A stretch of DNA of 64,000 nt, from contig CAAEUE010000002.1 in assembly GCA_900759015.1 (NCBI GenBank), forward strand, positions 47,332 through 111,331, in the 5' to 3' direction. A program made the translations under genes and the position numbers. This document shows, one piece after another, positions 19,638 through 28,020 of the stretch. The notes below the pieces were generated by a model that made no database searches, was not told where the DNA came from, and was given only the letters and a program-made list of their open reading frames with translations. The stretch's first letter is position 1, and every line of letters starts with the position of its first letter. Origin of the DNA: Clostridia bacterium. Lineage in GTDB: Bacteria; Bacillota; Clostridia; TANB77; CAG-508.

Positions 19638-20591
19638 ATGCCAAGAAAAGCAAAAGAAGAAAAAAATGATATAGAAGTAAAACAAGCAAGTAAAGTAGCT
19701 CCTAAAGCAACAAAAACAACTACTAAAAAAGCATCTACAAAAACAATAACTGCAAAAAAGGCAGCTACAAAATCAACCAAAAATTCTACAATTATAAAAA
19801 AAGTAGTAGATTCCATTGCTCCAAAAAAGAAGAAAACTCCAGCAAAGAAAACTGCTACAAAAGCAACTAAAAAGGCTGTAAAAACGTTAACTAAAGAATC
19901 TATAAAGAGTACAGAAAAAGAAGAGACAGTAAAAAAGCCAGCTACTATAAGTGGTGAAAAGTTCTCTATAGCCGAATATTATGATTTACCATATAGATAT
20001 AATCAAACAATTGTAAAATTACTTTATCAAACACCTACAACTTTATTTATTTATTGGGATATTTCTGATGAAGATAGAGAAAAATTCAAAGAAACTTATG
20101 GTGAAGATTTTTTCGAAAAAACAAAACCTGTACTTGTAGTTCATAATGAAACTAAAGGTTATAGTTTTGAAGTTGAAATTAATGATTTTGCTAATTGTTG
20201 GTATTTAAATGTTAATGATAGTAAATGTAAATATAAAATAGAATTAGGAAGAAAGCCTTTCGAAGTTATGTATAATGGCGAAGTTACAGAAGTTAAAACA
20301 ACGCCTAAAATAACTCAAAATTATATTCCTATAACATCATCTAACGAAGTAGAATCTCCTAATGATCATATTCTTTTCGAGAAAACACAAGAAATGGTTT
20401 ATTTTAAGAATGTAAAAGACAATACAGTAACTGCAAAAAATATAGCTAGTCTTAATTTTGTTAAAAGTATTGGAAAAGTATATAAAGTTAATGATTTCTA
20501 TAAGAAGTTTTATAAAGATGAAGATTTGGACTCTTTTGATAAAATACAGAATCCATCATCAAATAGTTTAAGTTCTTCAAGATTTAAATAG
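19638..20591 (+). CDS. DUF4912-domain protein with a Lys/Thr/Ala-rich basic N-terminus
   Basis: YDLPYRYNQTIVKLLYQTPTTLFIYWDIS matches the DUF4912 signature that usually precedes GH57 genes. Confidence 0.75.
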   Translation: MPRKAKEEKNDIEVKQASKVAPKATKTTTKKASTKTITAKKAATKSTKNSTIIKKVVDSIAPKKKKTPAKKTATKATKKAVKTLTKESIKSTEKEETVKKPATISGEKFSIAEYYDLPYRYNQTIVKLLYQTPTTLFIYWDISDEDREKFKETYGEDFFEKTKPVLVVHNETKGYSFEVEINDFANCWYLNVNDSKCKYKIELGRKPFEVMYNGEVTEVKTTPKITQNYIPITSSNEVESPNDHILFEKTQEMVYFKNVKDNTVTAKNIASLNFVKSIGKVYKVNDFYKKFYKDEDLDSFDKIQNPSSNSLSSSRFK

Positions 20592-20676
20592 AATTTTTTA
20601 ATATCACCTTTTAAGAAAAATTCTTATAGGTGATATTAATGTTTATACGAAAATAATAATTTAAAGGAGTATTAAA

Positions 20677-22269
20677 ATGAGCAAAAACGTAAAAGGATAT
20701 GTAAGTTTTGTACTACATGCACACTTACCTTTTATACATCATCCCGAAAGTGATGACTATTTAGAGGAACAATGGTTATTCGAAGCAATATCAGAAACAT
20801 ATATTCCTCTTCTTAGAAATTTCAAAAAATTAGTAGATGAAAAAGTCGAATTTAGAATAACAATGTCTATGACACCACCTTTACTTTGGATGTTAGATAA
20901 CAAGTTATTGCAAAAAAAATATATTCATTATTTAAAAGAACATATTGAACTTTGTGAAAAAGAAGTAAAAAGAACAGCTTATGATTCAAGATTAAATGAG
21001 CTATCTAAATATTATTTAAATAGATATTCTAACGATTTATATTTATTTGAAGAAGTTTTTAATTGTAATTTAATCCAAGCATTTAAACATTTTCAAGATA
21101 TTGGTGTATTAGAAATAATAACTTGTGGTGCCACACATGGGTTCTTCCCTATTTTATATGTTAACGAAAAAACTGTAAGAGCACAAATAGCTGTTGGTGT
21201 TCAAACATATAAAAAATATTTTGGAAGACAACCTAGAGGAATTTGGCTTCCAGAATGTGGCTATGTTCCAGAAGCAGATAAATACTTAAAAGAATTCGGT
21301 ATAGAATATGCTATTGTCGAATCTCATGGAATTTTATATGCGGACCCTACACCAATATATGGTACATATGCCCCAATAGTATCACCTGGTGGTTTAATTG
21401 CATTTGGACGTGATATGGAATCTTCAAGACAAGTTTGGAGCTCTATAAATGGATATCCTGGTGATTATAATTACAGAGAGTTCTACAGAGATATTGGTTA
21501 CGAAGCTGATTATGACTATATAAAACCATATATTGCTCATGACGGAGTACGAGTTAATACAGGTATTAAATATTATAGAATTACTGGAAAAACAGACCAA
21601 AAAGATTATTATAATTTACAATGGGCTCAAGACTCTATTTATAAACAAACTGGTCATTTCTTTGACAGCAGAGTAAAACAAATAAATGATATTGCACCAT
21701 ATATGGATCACCCACCTATTATCTTATGCCCATATGATGCAGAACTATATGGTCATTGGTGGTATGAAGGTCCAGATTGGTTATATATCTTATTCAAAAA
21801 AATCTATTATGATGATTGTAATTTTAAACTTATTACACCTGGTGAATATATAGACAAATATCCAAATATTCAAGTAGCATCTCCTTGTAGATCTAGTTGG
21901 GGTGCAAATGGATATAATTATGTATGGCTTAATCCATTAAATGATTATGTACATAGACATCTTCATAAAGCTGGAGATAGAATGGTTGAACTTGCTCACC
22001 TATTTCCTAATGAACAAGATGAACTAAAAAGATTTGCTTTAAATCAATGTGCAAGAGAATTATTACTTGCTCAAAGTAGTGATTGGTTATTTATTATTAC
22101 AAATCAGACAATGGTCGATTATGCTAAAAAGCGAATTAAGGATCATATTGGTAGATTTACTAAGCTATATTATCAAATTAAAAATGATAAAATTGATAAA
22201 GAATATCTAGAAGAAATTTATAAAAAAGATAAAATCTTTGATGAAATTGATTATATGATTTATTATTAA
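20677..22269 (+). CDS. Glycoside hydrolase family 57 enzyme (1,4-alpha-glucan branching enzyme-like)
   Basis: GYVSFVLHAHLPFIHHPE N-terminus, CPYDAELYGHWWYEG and a DUF1957-like C-terminal region. Confidence 0.85.
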   Translation: MSKNVKGYVSFVLHAHLPFIHHPESDDYLEEQWLFEAISETYIPLLRNFKKLVDEKVEFRITMSMTPPLLWMLDNKLLQKKYIHYLKEHIELCEKEVKRTAYDSRLNELSKYYLNRYSNDLYLFEEVFNCNLIQAFKHFQDIGVLEIITCGATHGFFPILYVNEKTVRAQIAVGVQTYKKYFGRQPRGIWLPECGYVPEADKYLKEFGIEYAIVESHGILYADPTPIYGTYAPIVSPGGLIAFGRDMESSRQVWSSINGYPGDYNYREFYRDIGYEADYDYIKPYIAHDGVRVNTGIKYYRITGKTDQKDYYNLQWAQDSIYKQTGHFFDSRVKQINDIAPYMDHPPIILCPYDAELYGHWWYEGPDWLYILFKKIYYDDCNFKLITPGEYIDKYPNIQVASPCRSSWGANGYNYVWLNPLNDYVHRHLHKAGDRMVELAHLFPNEQDELKRFALNQCARELLLAQSSDWLFIITNQTMVDYAKKRIKDHIGRFTKLYYQIKNDKIDKEYLEEIYKKDKIFDEIDYMIYY

Positions 22270-22365
22270 AATACAAGTTGCAAAACAATTCTTCTTTCAT
22301 ATTATATGTATAATGATACTTTATTTAGTAGATAATATTACATATATGTGAAAGGAGATTTTTTT

Positions 22366-23202
22366 ATGAAATCATTTTGTATCAAGACAAATAATAAAAA
22401 GATAATAAAATATCTACTAAATAACTTTTCTTTTCCTAACACATATATTTCCATAAGAAAATTTAAAATATATGAAAATGTAATTATCCATTACACTGGT
22501 AGTTTAGATAATCTTCCTAATTTTTATAATAATCTTTCTAACACACTTGTTTCTTTAATAATAAAATTTTATGAAGCCAAATTGTTAAAATCAATTATAA
22601 AATCTAATTATTTTTATTTTTCAGAATCTGAACAGGATATTGTGTTAGATAAATGTTTAACTTACCTTAAAGATACATCTTCTGTTGAATATCAAGTAAG
22701 GATTGAACATATATATATTGCTACACTTAAATATATAACAAATAATAAATCTATGATTTTAACTGGTTTTATTAATTTTAGGCTTTCAAATTATATGAAG
22801 ATTTTAGATTACATTGTAGACACATTTGTAAACGAATTAGTTGTAGATAGAGAATATAAAGAATTCATTAATTTATTAAAATCCTACGTAAATTCTAAAC
22901 CATCTAATATTAATACTGTACATTTCATTTATAAAAATACAGATTCTGTTATACTTGATAGTAATTATAAAAAAATTCCATTTACAGATGATATAGCTAA
23001 CTTAAATTATATTTCTGATGTTTCTTTTTCAGAGAATGATATTTCTTTAAATACCTTACTTACTCTTTTGCCTCAAAAGATAATAATTCATCTTGTTAAA
23101 GAATCTGATGAATTTATAAAAACCCTAATATGTATTTTTGAAAATAGGATAGAACTTTTATCGGGATCAGGGGACGTTCCTAAAAATCCCTATTTCAAAT
23201 AG
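22366..23202 (+). CDS. Hypothetical protein, possibly YtxC-like sporulation protein
   Basis: ATG after AAAGGAG. The size and position next to gpr suggest a sporulation role. The last 13 codons lie inside repeat locus 3. Confidence 0.4.
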   Translation: MKSFCIKTNNKKIIKYLLNNFSFPNTYISIRKFKIYENVIIHYTGSLDNLPNFYNNLSNTLVSLIIKFYEAKLLKSIIKSNYFYFSESEQDIVLDKCLTYLKDTSSVEYQVRIEHIYIATLKYITNNKSMILTGFINFRLSNYMKILDYIVDTFVNELVVDREYKEFINLLKSYVNSKPSNINTVHFIYKNTDSVILDSNYKKIPFTDDIANLNYISDVSFSENDISLNTLLTLLPQKIIIHLVKESDEFIKTLICIFENRIELLSGSGDVPKNPYFK

Positions 23203-23208
23203 GGATTT
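23163..23208 (+). repeat. GGGATTT/GGACGTTCC dispersed repeat, locus 3
   Basis: gggatcaggggacgttcctaaaaatccctatttcaaatagggattttt. It contains the TAG stop of the upstream ORF. Confidence 0.85.
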
Positions 23209-23212
23209 TTAA

Positions 23213-23249
23213 AGCAAATTGACAATTAAGCCAATTTGCTATATTTTTT
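23213..23249 (+). terminator. Intrinsic terminator
   Basis: Stem agcaaattg/caatttgct followed by a T-run. Confidence 0.7.
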
Positions 23250-23278
23250 CTTGTACCTAAAACAAAGAGTGGAAAAAA

Positions 23279-23303
23279 GGAACATCTCCATTTTCATAAT
23301 CCC
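23279..23303 (-). repeat. Degenerate copy of the dispersed repeat, abutting the gpr stop
   Basis: ggaacatctccattttcataatccc. On the minus strand it reads TAGGGATTatgaaaatGGAGATGTTCC. Confidence 0.45.
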
Positions 23304-24238
23304 TATAGACTCATATTAATACCTCTTGCAACTACATCTTTCATGTTTTCTACTAATGAATCTATTTCTTTTGGTGTAACTATAAAATTAAAATCTTTTG
23401 GTATTAATGCTTCTTTTATTTCTAAATAATTATCCTCTTCTTTTAATTTATTTAAATATTCATTAGATTCTGCTTTTTCTTGTAATTTTTCTATAAAAAC
23501 ATCTAAACAATCATTTACCACAACTGCAGTTTCTACAACTGTTGGTATCCCTATTGCAATTACTGGAACTCCTAATGTATTTACTGTTAACTCTTTCCTA
23601 GCATTATCTACACCTGCCCCTGGAACAATTCCTGTATCTGCTAATTGAATTGTACTACTTATTCTTTCCATACTTCTAGAAGCCAAACTGTCTATAACGA
23701 TAACTAGTTTAGGCTTTACATTGTCTACTATTCCTTTTAAAATTTCTGCTGTTTCTATTCCTGTCGTTCCTAAAACACCTGGTGAAATTGCACTTACTGG
23801 TCTTGTATTTTTGTCTAAATATTGTGGTACATATTTTAATAGATGTCTTGTAATATCTATCTCATTTATTACTTTTGGACCTAATGCATCTGGTGTAACA
23901 TATATATTTCCTAAACCTACAACTAATATTTCTTGTTCTTTGCTTACATATTCATCAATCATCTTTTTTAATTCTTCACATAATATCTCACTTGCTTTTT
24001 GAATTTCTTCTTCTCCCATATATTTCATGTTTTTCATATCTATTGTTACATAATTTCCTTTTACTTTTCCTAAAGCTCTTTCGCCTTGTTCATTCATTAT
24101 CTTAACTCGTGTAACTTTTATATTGTTATTTATTTGTTCTTCATTTGCTTCTATTCCATCAATCTCATTTTCTATATTATTTGCTTTTTTATACAAATCT
24201 TTTCTTTCATCAGCAAGGTCTGTTCTAAAATCCAACAT
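23303..24238 (-). CDS. gpr: GPR endopeptidase (spore germination protease)
   Basis: N-terminus MLDFRTDLADE and internal GLGN..TPDALGP, typical of GPR. Confidence 0.9.
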   Translation of the reverse strand: MLDFRTDLADERKDLYKKANNIENEIDGIEANEEQINNNIKVTRVKIMNEQGERALGKVKGNYVTIDMKNMKYMGEEEIQKASEILCEELKKMIDEYVSKEQEILVVGLGNIYVTPDALGPKVINEIDITRHLLKYVPQYLDKNTRPVSAISPGVLGTTGIETAEILKGIVDNVKPKLVIVIDSLASRSMERISSTIQLADTGIVPGAGVDNARKELTVNTLGVPVIAIGIPTVVETAVVVNDCLDVFIEKLQEKAESNEYLNKLKEEDNYLEIKEALIPKDFNFIVTPKEIDSLVENMKDVVARGINMSL

Positions 24239-24329
24239 AAAAAATAACCTTCCTTTCCTAAAATTACCGTTGCATTAAACAACATCTATTTATATTTTAA
24301 GAAAAAAAGATTATTTTATACTATTTCAT

Positions 24330-24740
24330 TTAACTTCTTTTAAAGAAATTTTTTAATTTATTCCATATTCTTTCTATAAAGCTTTCTTCTTGGTACAATA
24401 CTAAACTTGTATCAGCAGAATTAGGTACCAAATTATTCTCTTCATCTAATACTACATAAGATTCTTTCTCGTTTTTCCAATATATATTTAAAATTTCATC
24501 TCTTTCTTCTGGCTCACACCAATAGTCTAAATTTAACACAGATAATAATATTAAAGTTTTTCTATGTAGTTTTTGATCTTCTAAAGGAAGATTTGGATTA
24601 ATATTAACTTTATAATTTTTATCTCTTTTAGTTTTAAAAATATTTAATACGTCTTTTGGTATTTTATTTAGATATGCCATTGGTATATATTTTAATATTT
24701 CATATACTTCTGAATATGCTTGTGCTAATTCGTTTTCCAT
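24330..24740 (-). CDS. Hypothetical protein (136 aa); broken paralog at 33720..34009
   Basis: AGGAGAG RBS, 9 nt after the upstream stop. Motifs LNLDYWCEPEERDE and ESFIERIW..FFKRS are shared with the paralog. Confidence 0.7.
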   Translation of the reverse strand: MENELAQAYSEVYEILKYIPMAYLNKIPKDVLNIFKTKRDKNYKVNINPNLPLEDQKLHRKTLILLSVLNLDYWCEPEERDEILNIYWKNEKESYVVLDEENNLVPNSADTSLVLYQEESFIERIWNKLKNFFKRS

Positions 24741-24749
24741 AACTCTCTC

Positions 24750-26225
24750 CTATTTTTTACTAATATTTAATTCCTCTTTAATAGTTTGGTATGCTATTAA
24801 CTCTTCATTTCTTTCTATCTTACTACCATTTTTTAAAGAACTCTGTAATCTATTAAAAAATATGTCTGGAGTTAGACTTCCCCCATTTGCCATTTCTAAT
24901 TTTATCTTTAAGTATGATAATGAATCTTTTAATTCATCTTCTATTTGTTTATCTTCTACTTCAATATTATTAATTAAATCGCATATTTTTTGTAATAACT
25001 GTTCATTTCTTTCTAACTTTACGTTTCTCTCTAAATCATTTATTAAATATTGAATTATCTCTATAACTTGCTTTGCGACCTCATTATTTAGTTGCCTATA
25101 TTTGCAGATAACTAATACATTCTCTATTATATTATCTGAAGACATTCTTTTTTCCATATCTGTTAAATTATTTAATTCTTCTTTAATAAATTCTTCTAAA
25201 TTATCTTTTACTCTATCTGTATCTTGCATAATATTTATTATATCATCCAACTCATCTGCATTTATCTTATTTATTCTTTCATAATTAAATCTTTTTCTAA
25301 TTAATTCTAATTGACTATACTGTTTTTCTAAAATATTCTCATCCGGTATTTTTTCTTGTAAAATATACATTGGTAAAATTGTATTTTTTCTATAATATAT
25401 ACTTTCTCTATTTATATCTTGTAACGCAAACTTGTTTTTTTCGTAAAATTCATTTAAATTAAACTCATCATTTTTTTGAGCACCATTAAATATGTTTTTT
25501 AAATATTTTTCTTTATCACCTAATAAAAACTCCATTAACATTTTTTTGTCAATTTTTAACTTTTCTAGTACATACATTCTGCTTCTAATTATACTATTTG
25601 CTTCTGTATATGTACTTTCTATACTATAATTTTTATCTATATGAAATCCAAAGTTTTCAAAAGGATGGTTTTTTATATAATTATTTACAACTAAATCAAC
25701 AAAAATATCTGCATTTCCTTCTTCTAGTATTTCATCTTTGTTTTCATTTTTATTCATATTTGAAAAGCAATGTGCATATCCATGTAAAACATAACCTAAT
25801 AATTTATTTTGATTACGTCTTCTTTTTTCAGATATTGTTATTGTTTTAGACTCTTCATCCACTTCCATATTATAATTTTCTGGTAATTTATTAAAAATAA
25901 TATTGGTTCTATTAAATGTAATTTCTATTGCTTCTAATTTATCTATTGGAGTACTTGTATATACATCTTTTAAAAATTCTTTAATCATCCTCTGTGCTAA
26001 ATAGACAATCTTAAATAAGTCTGGAGACACTTTATGTTCTAGACTACTTATTATTTTATCCCTAGATTCTTTTTCTGTAAAATTTTTTAAAAATTCTAAT
26101 TTAGCTTCATTATCTTTCTGATTTGCTAAATAAGATACCTTATTATTTTCACCATCTATTGCATCTATTGCTCTTTTTAAACTATTTTTTTCTTCGTTAT
26201 TTTCTTCCAATTTAGTATCTAACAT
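24750..26225 (-). CDS. Hypothetical 491-aa protein
   Basis: AGGAGAAG RBS. Contains LHGYAHC followed 21 aa later by EEGNADIF, a layout like a degenerate gluzincin site. Confidence 0.7.
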   Translation of the reverse strand: MLDTKLEENNEEKNSLKRAIDAIDGENNKVSYLANQKDNEAKLEFLKNFTEKESRDKIISSLEHKVSPDLFKIVYLAQRMIKEFLKDVYTSTPIDKLEAIEITFNRTNIIFNKLPENYNMEVDEESKTITISEKRRRNQNKLLGYVLHGYAHCFSNMNKNENKDEILEEGNADIFVDLVVNNYIKNHPFENFGFHIDKNYSIESTYTEANSIIRSRMYVLEKLKIDKKMLMEFLLGDKEKYLKNIFNGAQKNDEFNLNEFYEKNKFALQDINRESIYYRKNTILPMYILQEKIPDENILEKQYSQLELIRKRFNYERINKINADELDDIINIMQDTDRVKDNLEEFIKEELNNLTDMEKRMSSDNIIENVLVICKYRQLNNEVAKQVIEIIQYLINDLERNVKLERNEQLLQKICDLINNIEVEDKQIEDELKDSLSYLKIKLEMANGGSLTPDIFFNRLQSSLKNGSKIERNEELIAYQTIKEELNISKK

Positions 26226-26243
26226 AATAATCTTCTCCTATGT

Positions 26244-26426
26244 TTAGTCTATTTGTTTACATTTAAATTCTTCTTTGTTATACTCTATTCCTTTTTCTCT
26301 TAATTTTTCTTCTAATCTTTTGTTAAAAACATGTATATATCCAACTGCTGTTTCATTAAACTTATCTTTTAGTTCATCTTTTACTTCTTCTTTTAAGTTT
26401 GCTATTAATTCATCATTTGACTCCAT
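26244..26426 (-). CDS. Hypothetical 60-aa acidic protein
   Basis: AGAGGGA RBS overlapping the holA stop. First gene of the orphan trio. Confidence 0.5.
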   Translation of the reverse strand: MESNDELIANLKEEVKDELKDKFNETAVGYIHVFNKRLEEKLREKGIEYNKEEFKCKQID

Positions 26427-26440
26427 TTATCATCCCTCTT

Positions 26441-27464
26441 TTACTTTGAGCAATTATTACATAAAATTGTTTCTAAACCAATATTTAAATCAATCTTACC
26501 AACCTTATAATTATAGTCTAAATCTATCAGTTCTTTTATAATATTAGAAATCTCCAAATCTGTAAAGCTTTTTGCTTGCATTTTATATTTATTTACTAAA
26601 AACATTTGATTAGGTTTTAAATTTAAAGATTTTGCTATATCTAGTTTATATCTTTCTGCTATTTTTGTAAAATACAATTTTTTAAAATGGTTATATAATG
26701 TTATTAATATTTTTTGAATTGGCTCTTTATTATAAAGCAAATTATTTAGTTCTTCCAATGCTAGTTTTATTTGTTTCTTTCCTAGATAATCAGTTAAGTT
26801 AAATATAATGGCTTGTGTTTGTTTAGTACACAATAAATCTATATCTGCTTTATTGATTGTTCCCCCTTCGCCAGCATATTCTATTAATTTTCTTATCTCA
26901 TTAATTAAGTCTTGCATATTTTGTCCACATTGTTCTATTAAATATTGCAATGTATTTTCTGCTACATTTACTTTATATGCATTTGCTATTGACTTTAATC
27001 TTCTTATAATTTGGTTTGGTTTTTGATATGTAAATTCACATACCTCACCATTTTTTTCTAATACCTTATATAGTTTTTGTTTTTCTACATTTTCTTCTAC
27101 AAATACTAAAATTACACTTTCATTAATTTCATCAATATTATTTTCTATGTATTCTGCAACACTAGTTTTAATTTTAGCAAGCTCTGGATTCTTTCTCTTT
27201 CCCTCTTTTTTTAAGATTTCCGAATTTCGTACAAGAATTAATTTTTTTTGATAGCCAAAAGCTGGAGTTTGTATATCTGCTATTAGTTCTGAAATATTCG
27301 TTTCATCTATACTAATATAATTAATTCCATTTATACATTCTCCAAAATTTTTTCTTATTTTCTTTACTATTGACTCTAGTAAAAATTTTTCTTCACCATA
27401 TAAAACATATATACTTTTTAAAATCCCTTGTCCGAAGTTCTTTTTCTAACTCTTCTATTAACAT
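26441..27464 (-). pseudogene. holA: DNA polymerase III delta subunit, frameshifted near the 5' end
   Basis: The start (MLIEELEKELRT) is in one frame. The body (GILKSIYVLYGEEKFLLES ... to the track ORF 26441..26950) is in the +1 frame and has no in-frame ATG/GTG/TTG until 26950. Confidence 0.75.
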
Positions 27465-27480
27465 ATTCATCTTCCTTTTC

Positions 27481-27507
27481 GGGATTTAAGGAACGTCCCC
27501 AAATCCC
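27481..27507 (-). repeat. GGGATTT/GGACGTTCC dispersed repeat, locus 4 (canonical single hairpin)
   Basis: gggatttaaggaacgtccccaaatccc, between the ruvC stop and the holA start. Confidence 0.9.
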
Positions 27508-27527
27508 TATTCCTATTACTATTCATA

Positions 27528-28020
27528 TTATAATTTAAATTGAGATGAAAACTTAGATGAATGTGCATGGCATATTGCTATTGCCATACTATCTGTTATA
27601 TCATCCAATTTTGGTAATTTCTCTGTATTTAATATCATTTTTACCATTCTTTGCACTTGCATTTTATCTGCTCTACCATATCCTGTTACTGCTTGCTTTA
27701 TTTGTAATGGTGTATACTCGAATATATCTAATTTATTTATTCTTGCTGTTATTAATATTACTCCTCTTGCCTGAGCAACATTAATAGCTGTTTTTGCATT
27801 ATTATTAAAAAATAGTTCTTCTATAGACATCGCATCTGGTTTATATGTATTTATTATATTATTTAAATCTGTGTAAATCTTCTCTAGCCTTAATGGAAAA
27901 GATTCACCAGCTTCTGTTAAAATTGCACCAGACGTTTCTAATTTAAATTTATTTCCTATATAATCTATTATGCTATACCCGTGTTATTGCAAACCCAGGG
28001 TCAATTCCTAATATTCTCAT
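27528..28020 (-). pseudogene. ruvC: Holliday junction resolvase RuvC, frameshifted after codon 13
   Basis: MRILGIDPGFAIT then stop. GYSIIDYIGNKFKLETSGAI...DAMSIEELFF continues in the +1 frame into track ORF 27528..27830. The ATG overlaps the TGA of the upstream gene (ATGA). Confidence 0.8.

Noticed and set aside
20600-20637. A 10-bp hairpin (aatatcacct/aggtgatatt) between the DUF4912 and GH57 genes as a terminator or attenuator.
   Set aside because: No U-tract follows it, and the genes are otherwise arranged as an operon. It may be a processing or stability element, but there is no further support.
26441-27470. Programmed ribosomal frameshift as the explanation for the holA frame break.
   Set aside because: Programmed frameshifting in the clamp loader is established for dnaX, not holA. 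No slippery heptamer with a downstream structure is evident. The required shift is +1 in a region with simple homopolymers, so an indel, real or artefactual, is more parsimonious.
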